Below, one piece after another: positions 48,144-57,724 of a DNA stretch of 64,000 nucleotides. Location of the stretch: the IMG/VR virus record IMGVR_UViG_3300017912_001273, positions 1-64,000 of that record; one strand, given 5' to 3'. The DNA is from a virus (taxonomy: Duplodnaviria; Caudoviricetes). Below the pieces are notes generated by a model. It was not told the origin of the DNA and ran no database searches. It saw only the letters and a list, made by a program, of their open reading frames with translations. Numbering within the stretch: the first letter of the stretch is position 1; every line of letters begins with the position of its first letter. The translations under genes and the position numbers were made by a program.

Positions 48144-49172
48144 ATGGCAAGTAAATCAGTATTTCAGAAATATGATACTGATGCATTGGACTACTTTGAT
48201 TTGGCAAGTGACCCTATTTATGGGGTCATTGCCGGATCAAATATAGAAGATGTATTGGTTACACAAGATGAAACAACATATACTAATATCCGTGAGATAA
48301 TTGCAAAGCCAACTGAAACGGATCAGACTTTTATAAATAAGAAGAAAGCTTTTGTTCTTCCTAGTAGCCCGGTATCTAATGATAAGATAAAAGCAGCACT
48401 AAAAGAACATAAGATTACTGTAACTAATGATTATACACAGGCAGACTTAATTGTAACTCATGATGACTTTGATGACAATTTTGAGAGTAGTGAAACAATT
48501 AAGACAACTAAGATGATGTATAAACTTTGGAACTATGAAACTACTTCAGGTGATCCTAGTAGTAATTTAAGTCTCAATCAAATGATTAAGAATTGTGGGC
48601 GTCATGTGATTATAACTCCAAAGATCACAAATAACATACGTTATTATGCTTTAGATGTTGAGGATAGTCTCTATGATACTTGGGCTATTACAGGTCTTGC
48701 ACTTAATCTAGCATATGAAATATATGTTGGTAATAAAAGCACTGTATCAATTGAAACTGTACTACACACATCTGCAACAAAACAACCTCTGAATGAAGAT
48801 GTTGTTGACCAGGTTATTAGAATGTGGAAAGCAGGAGGAGATGATAGAGAAGTTGCTACACAGTTATTAACTACACTTGACTATACAACAAATCATCATT
48901 TGATGTGGAAGTTGACTCAAGAGTTGGGTAGTCTACATTATAATCACCATAATAAAGATCTCAACCACTGGATGACAGCCAGCAATTGGGAGTTTTATTA
49001 TAACCAGAATGCAGAATCTATGATACAATGGATGGAGGAGAATGGATATCTAAATAAGATAAGCTTTAAATATCTAGAACCTATAGTTCGTAAGGATATA
49101 ACCATTCATAATAGAGAACTATATGTATTCAAGGTATCAGTTAAGAAAGAATATCAAAAATATTTAGTATGA
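48144..49172 (+). CDS. Hypothetical protein with BRCT-like segment
   Basis: KKAFVLPSSPVSNDKIKAALKEHKITVTNDYTQADLIV. Confidence 0.65.
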   Translation: MASKSVFQKYDTDALDYFDLASDPIYGVIAGSNIEDVLVTQDETTYTNIREIIAKPTETDQTFINKKKAFVLPSSPVSNDKIKAALKEHKITVTNDYTQADLIVTHDDFDDNFESSETIKTTKMMYKLWNYETTSGDPSSNLSLNQMIKNCGRHVIITPKITNNIRYYALDVEDSLYDTWAITGLALNLAYEIYVGNKSTVSIETVLHTSATKQPLNEDVVDQVIRMWKAGGDDREVATQLLTTLDYTTNHHLMWKLTQELGSLHYNHHNKDLNHWMTASNWEFYYNQNAESMIQWMEENGYLNKISFKYLEPIVRKDITIHNRELYVFKVSVKKEYQKYLV

Positions 49173-50317
49173 AAAAGTATTATATAATTAAGATATCTCT
49201 TGAAGAAGATTCAATTGCTATGGATGCTAATGGCAACTATGTCATTAGCACCGGCATTGAATTAAAAGACGGAGGTATATTTATAACAAACACAAACAGT
49301 TGGAATATAACAGCTAAGGACTTAAAGTATTGTAATATAGTGGCAAGTAAAGATACTATTGATTTACAAGACAAGTCTATATATAGATTTCCAAAACTAA
49401 ATTTGCCTAGACAAAAAGTAGATTTACTTAAAGATAAGTTTAATTTAAAAGTAGTTAGAAATAAAGACAAAGCAGATTATCATGTTATATCACATAAATT
49501 TTTAGGAAGTTTATTTCAAACCAATTGGGATACTGCTATAACATTTAAAGATCTTTATAAAATATTTCAAACATGGAAAGAAGATGGCTTATTATCAGAA
49601 ACCGCTTTATTAAAATGTAGAGATATATTAGAGCTTGAAAAAGATGCAATGTTTTTAATTCATAGACCAGGTTACTATTATAGTAATAAAAGTGATGACT
49701 ATGATAAGTTTTGTAATAATGTATTAGCACCAATTTCAGATGCTAAAAAACCTTATGAAACTAATAGAATTTTCTCTGTAAATCCAACTGAAGTAAAATC
49801 ATTTCTAGATATGGTTGGCTCAAATAAATTAATAATGGATGGTCAACTACTTGATATTATTGATGAAGATCTGGCAGTAATAGATAACACTCAGTATGAT
49901 CAAATAGAGAATATGATTAAGAGTAGTGACAGAGATAACAGAAATATGGCGGTAGAAATGATTGCTAATTGTAATATTAACAAATCATTTGATGTTGTTT
50001 CTGGTATTTATTGGTGGCATTATGATTGGTTTAAAGATACTGATCACTGGAATAGTGTAAATGTTAAAGCCATGCGTCAGCAATTGAAAGATTATGAAGG
50101 TGGCCATAGTAATAGTGGCATTTATTCTTACAATGCATACATAGAAAAGCTTGCAAAAGACGGAAAATTAACTAAATTTGCAGTAGATAGGACAAGGGAA
50201 AAGCTTATGAAAGATTTCTTAAGCAATTATGTTGGAAAATCTGCTCAGGTCTTTGCAGTAGATTTGGATAATTTAAAACTAAATGAAAAATTTGAAAAGC
50301 AAGTTATAGATGAATAG
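49169..50317 (+). CDS. Hypothetical protein with BRCT-like segment, paralog of 48144-49172
   Basis: DKSIYRFPKLNLPRQKVDLLKDKFNLKVVRNKDKADYHVI. Confidence 0.65.
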   Translation: MKKYYIIKISLEEDSIAMDANGNYVISTGIELKDGGIFITNTNSWNITAKDLKYCNIVASKDTIDLQDKSIYRFPKLNLPRQKVDLLKDKFNLKVVRNKDKADYHVISHKFLGSLFQTNWDTAITFKDLYKIFQTWKEDGLLSETALLKCRDILELEKDAMFLIHRPGYYYSNKSDDYDKFCNNVLAPISDAKKPYETNRIFSVNPTEVKSFLDMVGSNKLIMDGQLLDIIDEDLAVIDNTQYDQIENMIKSSDRDNRNMAVEMIANCNINKSFDVVSGIYWWHYDWFKDTDHWNSVNVKAMRQQLKDYEGGHSNSGIYSYNAYIEKLAKDGKLTKFAVDRTREKLMKDFLSNYVGKSAQVFAVDLDNLKLNEKFEKQVIDE

Positions 50318-51296
50318 AGATCATCAGAAAGAAGAAGAGTTTTATGCTGAAGCATTTAACTTCAGCTACTCTTCTCTTAATAAATTAATTTTTTCACCCT
50401 CTTTGTTTTACAAAGATTATATTTTACAGGACAGAGAACTGAAAACAGATAAGCACCTTATTGAAGGTAAACTCATACACTGTTTATTATTTGAGCCTGA
50501 GAACTTTGATAAGAAGTTTAACCTGGTCCCAGGTAAGACACCAAGTGATAATGTAAGAAAGGTCTTAAAAGACATGTCTTTACATACTGATGCTAAAACT
50601 TTAGTTGACTGTGAGGATTTTATAATTCTAGATTCTTTAAAGGATTTAAACTTATATCAATCTTTAAAAACAGATGAACAAAGAATAGCAAAAATTAGAA
50701 CTGAGGATAATGAACCTTATTGGACATTCTTATCTAATAATAATGTAGATGTAATAGATCGTGCAACTTTTGACAAATGTTCAGAAGATATTACATATCT
50801 AAAAAATAATGATGATGTAATGTCTATATTTGCAGAGACCTCAACAGACTTTGATTTGGACCCTATTACAACTTATAAAGAACATTATTTACGTTCTGAA
50901 ATGGATGGCTACCCATTTGGATTACATGGTTATGTAGATTACTTAAAGATAGATTCAGACAAGAAAATAGCAACTATATGTGATTTAAAAACAACTAGTA
51001 AAACTATTGCAGATTTTACTGAGACAGTTGACTTTTATAATTACTGGTTACAAGCTGCTATATATAGTAAACTAGTATATGATTTCCTAGGGGATGACGC
51101 TGATGAATATACAATTGAATTTAAGTTTATAGTGATAGATCAGTATAAACAAGTGTATGTCTTTGATGTATCCCAAACAACCTTATCTGCTTGGGCAGAG
51201 GGGTTAGGAGGCACTTTAAAGACTGCTAAGTATCATTTTGAGGAGAAAAACTACTCTTTGCCCTATGATTTCTTGGTAAATAAGATTAACTTATAG
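50310..51296 (+). CDS. PD-(D/E)XK exonuclease (ExoVIII/RecE-like)
   Basis: FSYSSL, GKLIH, HGYVDYL, CDLKTT, YWLQAAIY. Confidence 0.85.
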   Translation: MNRDHQKEEEFYAEAFNFSYSSLNKLIFSPSLFYKDYILQDRELKTDKHLIEGKLIHCLLFEPENFDKKFNLVPGKTPSDNVRKVLKDMSLHTDAKTLVDCEDFIILDSLKDLNLYQSLKTDEQRIAKIRTEDNEPYWTFLSNNNVDVIDRATFDKCSEDITYLKNNDDVMSIFAETSTDFDLDPITTYKEHYLRSEMDGYPFGLHGYVDYLKIDSDKKIATICDLKTTSKTIADFTETVDFYNYWLQAAIYSKLVYDFLGDDADEYTIEFKFIVIDQYKQVYVFDVSQTTLSAWAEGLGGTLKTAKYHFEEKNYSLPYDFLVNKINL

Positions 51297-51297
51297 T

Positions 51298-51876
51298 ATG
51301 AAGGGTGTTTACACAGATTATTTTCAAAAGAGTAAAGTCTTTCTGTATCCTTTATTAAGGCTGCAGAAAGGCATTACCTATGTTCCTCAAGAAACTTATG
51401 TTGCTTGGGAGAATATGTATACTTTTGAAAGTACTAGATTTCTGTGTGAATATAAATACAAGAATGTAAACAAGTTTAAACTATTTAGTCATAAAACTTT
51501 AGAAAGACATCCATTGTATGAAGGCTCCGTAGAGCTAGATGATGGTAGACACTTAGTCATATTTGATTTTACACAATATAAACATGATTTTAATGCATTT
51601 GTACAAGGCAAATACTCAAAGTTTAGTTTAGATAGTAAGATCCACATAATAGACTTCTTTGGTGACAAAGGTAAGATTGCAGACTATATACAAGGTTTTC
51701 TTTCTCCTCCAGATGTGCATGAGAACTATGCAGATTTTCTTGGTGTAAGAAAAGAATTACTTGAAGAAGTATATGAAGTTTGTAGTCCGCCTGACTTAGT
51801 TAAAGAAACATTAGTTGATAATAATTCTATAATTTATCAATTATTAAAAAATGATTCCATATCTTTGGAAAAATAA
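51298..51876 (+). CDS. Hypothetical protein
   Basis: ORF track; KSKVFLYPLL, FVQGKYSKFS. Confidence 0.7.
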   Translation: MKGVYTDYFQKSKVFLYPLLRLQKGITYVPQETYVAWENMYTFESTRFLCEYKYKNVNKFKLFSHKTLERHPLYEGSVELDDGRHLVIFDFTQYKHDFNAFVQGKYSKFSLDSKIHIIDFFGDKGKIADYIQGFLSPPDVHENYADFLGVRKELLEEVYEVCSPPDLVKETLVDNNSIIYQLLKNDSISLEK

Positions 51877-51888
51877 ATCAATAATTAT

Positions 51889-52305
51889 ATGGCACAAATT
51901 GGACAAAATATGTTGCTAGTTCACTCTAGCTTCAGAAACGCTAAATCTTTTACACTTATACCAGTGAGTTTAGACTCACCTTATGTTGAAGCTATGTATG
52001 ACCCTTCATCAGGGATACTAGCTGTTATTAGTAAAGTTATGAAAAAATCTTTTCATATGATGCCTAGGTTAGATGACAACGGACAACCTATGAGGCTAAA
52101 AGTTCCTAATAAACAAACCGGGAAGACTGTTAAAGAACAAAGAACTCAAGTTGAAACATTCTCAGAATTTTACATTGCTGATAAAGATGATATAGATCTT
52201 TTCATTAATATGTTTGCTGTGAATGCAGAGCAGTTTGATTGGAAACAGTACGTGGTTGATGTTGATGAAACTAAAACATCACCTATTATTATGCCAGGTC
52301 AATAG
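51889..52305 (+). CDS. Hypothetical protein
   Basis: ORF track; TATCTTTG box at 51860-51867. Confidence 0.7.
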   Translation: MAQIGQNMLLVHSSFRNAKSFTLIPVSLDSPYVEAMYDPSSGILAVISKVMKKSFHMMPRLDDNGQPMRLKVPNKQTGKTVKEQRTQVETFSEFYIADKDDIDLFINMFAVNAEQFDWKQYVVDVDETKTSPIIMPGQ

Positions 52306-52345
52306 GATTTCCTATATCCGTCCAATGTCTCTATTGATACTGGTT

Positions 52346-52377
52346 AAAAAGGCATGCACACTGCGTGCCTTTTTTTT
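52346..52377 (+). terminator. Rho-independent terminator
   Basis: AAAAAGGCATGCA-CAC-TGCGTGCCTTTTTTTT. Confidence 0.85.
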
Positions 52378-52398
52378 GTAAACTAAAAATGTAAAAAA

Positions 52399-54390
52399 AT
52401 GAAACACTGGGTAATGGACTATGAAACACTATCCAATTGTTTTGTTGGCGTCTTTGTACACTATAAGACAAATGAGAAAAAAGTTTTTGTCGTACATGAG
52501 TTACAAAATGATTTTGATAGCTTCATAGAATTTCTTAGAGAGAATGTTAATGAAAGACAGTGGCATATCTCTTACAATGGATTGGCCTTTGATTCACAGG
52601 TCACTCAATATATTATAGAAAATCACTCTCAATGGGAGGATTACTCAGCTGATCAGATTGCTAGAACTATTTTTAAGTATGCACAGAGATGTATATATAA
52701 AGCAAACAATAAAGAATGGTCAGACTATCCGCTATGGAAACTCAGTATAGGACAGATTGATATATTCAAGATGCACCACTGGGATAATCCTGCTAAGCGT
52801 TCTAGTCTTAAGTGGATACAATACAGTATGGACTGGCAGAACATATTAGATATGCCTATCCATCATGATACAGAAATTAGTAAACAAGAAGAGTTAGATA
52901 CTATTATAGAGTATTGTGTTAATGACGTTGAGTCAACAAAAGAAATCTTTAATAGATCTAAATCACAGATACAATTAAGAAAAGAACTTACTAAAGCATA
53001 TGGCATTAATTTATTTAGTGCCTCAGAACCACGGATTAGTAAAGAACTATTTGGATATTATCTATCTAAAAAGCTTAACATTCATAAAAGTGAAATCAAA
53101 AAGATGAGAACTTTTAGGGATACTATAGTTATGAAGGATATTATCCTACCATATGTAAAATTTACTTCACCAGAATTCCAAACTCTACTAGATAGATTCA
53201 ACTCTCTTGAGATAGATCCTAGTAGACTCAAAGGTAGTTTCAGGTACAGTGTAACATATAAAGATGTTAAGACTGACTTTGGCCTTGGCGGTGTTCATGG
53301 TGCTAGAAACAAAGGGGTATATGAAAGTGATGATGATATGGTTATTATATCATCAGATGTTACTAGTTTCTATCCTAATCTAGCTATTAGAAATAAATTT
53401 TCTCCTGGTCACTTTCCTAAAGAAGAGTTTTGTGATCAGTATGAATGGTTCTTTAATGAAAGAAAGAAGATTCCTAAGAGCAATCCTATGAATTATGTAT
53501 ATAAGATTATACTGAATTCTACTTTTGGTCTTAGTAATGATGAGAATAGTTTCTTTTATGATCCAGAGTTATGTATGAAGATTACAGTAAATGGTCAACT
53601 TACTTTGATGATGCTCTATGAGCAAATCATGGAAAGGATCCCTGATGCTGTAGCTTTATTACATAATACAGATGGTATTGAGACAATGATACCACGTAAA
53701 TACTATGATGATTACATGGAAATATGCAAAGAGTGGGAAGATTTAACTAATCTTGAGCTTGAGCATGATGAATATCAAAAGCTGGTCCTTGGGGATGTCA
53801 ACAACTATATTGGTGTGAATAACTTCAAAGATGTTGATATTACCACATGGAGAGAATTAAAACAGTCACAACCACATTATGTATATAAAGTGGACAATGA
53901 TAAATTTTCATTTGCACCTGTGAAACTTAAGGGCCGTTTTGATTTTCATAATCTTCAATTACATAAAAACAAATCAAAGCTTGTTATCAAGAAAGCTATC
54001 TATCAGTATTTTGTAAATAATGTTTTGCCAGAAGACTATCTGGATCAAAACAAAAACATACTAGATTATTGTATAGGTGGCAAATCAAAGGGTGATTGGC
54101 AACAAGTAGCTAGATTTGTAGACACAGGTAATTATAAAGAAGAGTATCTTCAAAAGATAAATAGATACTATATATCTAATGGGGGTGTAAAAATTATCAA
54201 AGTAAACAAGAATGATGGGCGTGAGATACAGTTAGAATCAGGTAAATGGTTACAGACTGTATATAATAAAATGGATATAGCTCCTAAATGGGAGACATAT
54301 GATATTAATAAAGCCTATTATTTATCTGCTATAGAGAAGGAGATAAATGATATTCTTGCAGTTAGTAGTAATCAATTAAAATTATTTTAA
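52399..54390 (+). CDS. polB: Family B DNA polymerase with 3'-5' exonuclease
   Basis: MDYET, YNGLAFD, YCVND; SDVTSFYPN, KIILNSTFG, NTDGI. Confidence 0.93.
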   Translation: MKHWVMDYETLSNCFVGVFVHYKTNEKKVFVVHELQNDFDSFIEFLRENVNERQWHISYNGLAFDSQVTQYIIENHSQWEDYSADQIARTIFKYAQRCIYKANNKEWSDYPLWKLSIGQIDIFKMHHWDNPAKRSSLKWIQYSMDWQNILDMPIHHDTEISKQEELDTIIEYCVNDVESTKEIFNRSKSQIQLRKELTKAYGINLFSASEPRISKELFGYYLSKKLNIHKSEIKKMRTFRDTIVMKDIILPYVKFTSPEFQTLLDRFNSLEIDPSRLKGSFRYSVTYKDVKTDFGLGGVHGARNKGVYESDDDMVIISSDVTSFYPNLAIRNKFSPGHFPKEEFCDQYEWFFNERKKIPKSNPMNYVYKIILNSTFGLSNDENSFFYDPELCMKITVNGQLTLMMLYEQIMERIPDAVALLHNTDGIETMIPRKYYDDYMEICKEWEDLTNLELEHDEYQKLVLGDVNNYIGVNNFKDVDITTWRELKQSQPHYVYKVDNDKFSFAPVKLKGRFDFHNLQLHKNKSKLVIKKAIYQYFVNNVLPEDYLDQNKNILDYCIGGKSKGDWQQVARFVDTGNYKEEYLQKINRYYISNGGVKIIKVNKNDGREIQLESGKWLQTVYNKMDIAPKWETYDINKAYYLSAIEKEINDILAVSSNQLKLF

Positions 54391-54788
54391 TGTATAGACC
54401 GTTACCACCTTCAGTTACGGTTAGACAATCAGTTATAGATGGGTTAGGCTTGTTTGCAGCAGAAAATATTGCTTCTGGTACAGACTTAGGTATAACCCAT
54501 ATATATGACCAAAGATTTGAAAACCGTTATATTAGAACTCCATTGGGTGGTTTTATTAATCATAGTAAAGAGCCTAATGCAAAACTCATTGGTTGTAAAG
54601 AATCAAGAGATATAGATTGTGGAATTCTGCATCTTCAATTGATTAAAGATGTTAAGTCTGGAGATGAGATTACCACACAGTATTCTCTCTATGAAGTAGA
54701 TGTAAAAGATATTACAGTAAACGGAGTAGAGATAATAGCAGGCACTGAGGCTGCATATGTGATAGATAAACCTATAATAAATGATTAA
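54390..54788 (+). CDS. SET-domain protein (putative protein-lysine methyltransferase)
   Basis: DGLGLFA, FINHSKEPNA, GDEITTQY. Confidence 0.9.
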   Translation: MYRPLPPSVTVRQSVIDGLGLFAAENIASGTDLGITHIYDQRFENRYIRTPLGGFINHSKEPNAKLIGCKESRDIDCGILHLQLIKDVKSGDEITTQYSLYEVDVKDITVNGVEIIAGTEAAYVIDKPIIND

Positions 54789-55614
54789 GGTACAGAATAC
54801 TAAAACCTTAGTTACAAAACCCAATAACAATAGTGCAAACTGCATAGCTCCCAATGTAATCTATGGTTGCTTTGGTGGCTGTGTAGACACTTATTGTTAT
54901 ATGTCTCGTTATAATGGACGTAGAGTTTTTGTAAATAAGAATGTTGACCAGATTTTTCAGTCTGTAGTTGAATGGGAAAAAACTTTTTATAAAGAACCAG
55001 ATCAACAGGACCCTATATATACTATGGTAGATATTGCATGTAACTCAGATCTTGTTCTGATGCAGAAACATATGCCTGAACCATTAATTGATTATCTAAA
55101 AAGATATGATGATCATCCCCGTCTTAACAGTACTATGGCTACTAAGTATCCAGGATTACTAAAATTAGATGTAAATCATTTTAATAAACCACCAAGAGTA
55201 CGTGTAAGCCTTATGCCTCAAAAGTATTCAAATATACTTGAGCCTAAAATGCAAAATATATTGAGCCGTATTGAAGATGTAAACCGTCTAAAAGATTTAG
55301 GATGGCAAGTTCATATTAATTATAGTCCACTTGTATTTCATTTTTATTGGAAAGAGCTGTATTATGAACTGTTTAGTAAGGTAAAAGAAATAGCCGGGGT
55401 AAATAAATGTGAGGTGATAGCACTCACAAATCATAAACAACAGATGGCCAGAGCATCAGAACTTGCAAAAGAACTAATGAGAAGGTCTTCTGAGATAAAA
55501 AATGCATCAGGTGTTATGCGTTATCCTTTAGAGCATAAAACCAGACTCCTAAATGAATTCAAAGACATATACAAAGAATTTTTTCCATTAGATACTATTA
55601 GATATATATTTTAA
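54781..55614 (+). CDS. Spore photoproduct lyase-family radical SAM enzyme
   Basis: GCFGGCVDTYCY cluster motif, DIACNSD, ATKY, RVRVSLMP, HINYSPLV, MRY. Confidence 0.8.
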   Translation: MIKVQNTKTLVTKPNNNSANCIAPNVIYGCFGGCVDTYCYMSRYNGRRVFVNKNVDQIFQSVVEWEKTFYKEPDQQDPIYTMVDIACNSDLVLMQKHMPEPLIDYLKRYDDHPRLNSTMATKYPGLLKLDVNHFNKPPRVRVSLMPQKYSNILEPKMQNILSRIEDVNRLKDLGWQVHINYSPLVFHFYWKELYYELFSKVKEIAGVNKCEVIALTNHKQQMARASELAKELMRRSSEIKNASGVMRYPLEHKTRLLNEFKDIYKEFFPLDTIRYIF

Positions 55615-55646
55615 TTTGGGTGACTCAGTATTTTTTATTATATTTA
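55615..55646 (+). promoter_or_regulatory. Bacteroidota-type promoter TTTG-N20-TATATTTA
   Basis: Upstream of ORF 55666. Confidence 0.55.
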
Positions 55647-55665
55647 CACTTTAAAAGTTTAAGAT

Positions 55666-56583
55666 ATGGGATATAAAAAACCAACAAATACTACCAGAGC
55701 ATATCTGGAGAATGCACCCTTACCAAATCACGGTAAGAGTTATACAGTAATATCACATAAAACAGTGATAGACAATACGTTAGATCTATTAAAGAATAGT
55801 GGATTCAAAGTTCTAGAAGAAAAGTATAGAACTAATATGAATGCAAACGTTGCACAGGGAATATATTATATTCATCCTACCTCAACAGATCAACAGATTA
55901 ATGATGAGGAAGAGTTGGGTATGATGTTTACCTGGGTGAATTCATATGACAAGAGTAGAATGTTTAATTGTACAATTGGAGCATATGTTAAAGTATGTAG
56001 TAACGGTATGTGTGCAGGAGACATGTACCACTATAAAAGAAAACATACTGGAGCTGCAGATACTGATGTAAGAAATCATATATCTAGTCAGATCAAAAAT
56101 GCTGAAAAGTATTATAAAAGGTTAATTAGTGATAAAGAAACAATGAAGCAGATTGATTTATCTACTAAACAAATGTCTGAGTTGACAGGAAGATTGTTTA
56201 TAGATGAAGATATGATTGACTCACAACAAGTAACCTGCATCAAGAAAGAAATAGATACGCCTTCTTTTAAGTACAAAGGAGGGACAGGCACTGCTTGGGC
56301 TTACTATAATCATGTTACGCATGCATTAAAGAAAGCACACCCAAGAGATTGGATGAATGACCAGAGAGACTTTCATGATTTTATGACTGCAGAAATATTA
56401 AATCTTTCTACCATACAACCATATGAAGAATGGATTCTTAACTTTGATAATGATGAGTTAGGTATTACCAACGCTGATACAGAGCACGGTATTGATATTG
56501 AAGTAGAAACATTTGAACCAATTGAAGTTGATACTGAAATCAACTACAACAGACTATTACAGGACGTATATATGGGCAGATAG
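55666..56583 (+). CDS. DUF932-like protein
   Basis: YTVISH, NSYDKS, VCSNGM, RKHTG, TAWAYYNHVT. Confidence 0.75.
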   Translation: MGYKKPTNTTRAYLENAPLPNHGKSYTVISHKTVIDNTLDLLKNSGFKVLEEKYRTNMNANVAQGIYYIHPTSTDQQINDEEELGMMFTWVNSYDKSRMFNCTIGAYVKVCSNGMCAGDMYHYKRKHTGAADTDVRNHISSQIKNAEKYYKRLISDKETMKQIDLSTKQMSELTGRLFIDEDMIDSQQVTCIKKEIDTPSFKYKGGTGTAWAYYNHVTHALKKAHPRDWMNDQRDFHDFMTAEILNLSTIQPYEEWILNFDNDELGITNADTEHGIDIEVETFEPIEVDTEINYNRLLQDVYMGR

Positions 56584-56745
56584 TGGGCATATATCTTGTA
56601 ATATTGTTAGCCATAGTTTGTTTTTACATATGTAGTAAAAATAACCTTGATTATTAAACGGAGAGAAAAACCAACATGGGTCCAAGTTTTTGCATTCTTG
56701 GGCCCGCTCTCTTATATATGTCCACCCTATAAAAGGAATAACACA

Positions 56746-56921
56746 TGAAACCAAAACAGAAGTATGATGCTAGTTATACCAGAAAGAAAAATAGAAAGAC
56801 TATTATCATTGATGGTAAAGAATATAAATATGATGATGCCTCTTCGTTTAAACAAACGTATCACTGGCAAAGATTTAATATGCAAACTACTGCTAAAAGA
56901 AAAAATAAAAACAAAAGCTAA
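56746..56921 (+). CDS. Basic micro-ORF (~58 aa), not in ORF track
   Basis: MKPKQKYDASYTRKKNRKTIIIDGKEYKY..., coupled to next gene; coordinates approximate. Confidence 0.5.
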
Positions 56922-57205
56922 TGAATGCTAAAGAAAGAAAAGAAAGACCTGTATTTACAGGAGTATTAAAATATTTCCCGGATGCTATCATGGAGATAGC
57001 TAGGGTATCATTGGCTGGTAATAAACAACACCACCCTGATAAGCCGTTACACTGGGATCGTAGTAAATCAACTGATGACTATGATGCTCTTGCTAGACAT
57101 CTTATTGATGCTGGCACTATAGATGATGACGGAATCCGTCATACTGCAAAAGTAGCATGGCGTGCATTAGCTTGCTTACAAAAAGAACTAGAAAATGAAA
57201 AGTAA
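56921..57205 (+). CDS. dATP/dGTP diphosphohydrolase-like domain (DUF5664-like)
   Basis: YFPDAIMEIARVSLAGNKQH...W...DALARH...HTAKVAWRALA. Confidence 0.75.
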   Translation: MNAKERKERPVFTGVLKYFPDAIMEIARVSLAGNKQHHPDKPLHWDRSKSTDDYDALARHLIDAGTIDDDGIRHTAKVAWRALACLQKELENEK

Positions 57206-57331
57206 TACATATAAAAGCCATATAACTGGCAATACTGCAATAAAGAAAGAAGATGGCTGGTATGACTCTATAACTAATAAACGTCTTATGAGCTATGAAG
57301 TATATAAATTTGTATCGTTATCTAAGAAACA

Positions 57332-57670
57332 ATGAAAAAGTGTAACGTATGCAACCGCAATAGACCAGAATGGTTCTATAAAACTGATAAAAAGAAGACA
57401 TGCCGTAGATGTGAATACAGATGGTGGCGTGATCTTCTAAGGATGATGGTCCGTGATAGAAGACTAACACCTGTAGAAAGACTAGCTAGCCGTGCTGGAT
57501 ATATGGGCACAGGTTTTCTTATTGCTGGTCAATGGTCTGTAGAACCTATATTTTTTATGATAGGATTTGTCCTTGTACTAATACAAGTAACCACTAGAAG
57601 ACAATGGAATCTTGTTGCATTACAGTTAAATGGACTAATAGCTTGGACAATTCATTTCTTTACAAGCTAG
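57332..57670 (+). CDS. Zn-ribbon fused to small membrane domain
   Basis: CNVC...CRRC then 2-3 hydrophobic helices ending RRQWNLVALQ. Confidence 0.65.
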   Translation: MKKCNVCNRNRPEWFYKTDKKKTCRRCEYRWWRDLLRMMVRDRRLTPVERLASRAGYMGTGFLIAGQWSVEPIFFMIGFVLVLIQVTTRRQWNLVALQLNGLIAWTIHFFTS

Positions 57671-57724
57671 GAAATCTTATTATTTTACCGTATCTTTATA
57701 TTATAGTAACATTAATTTAACATT

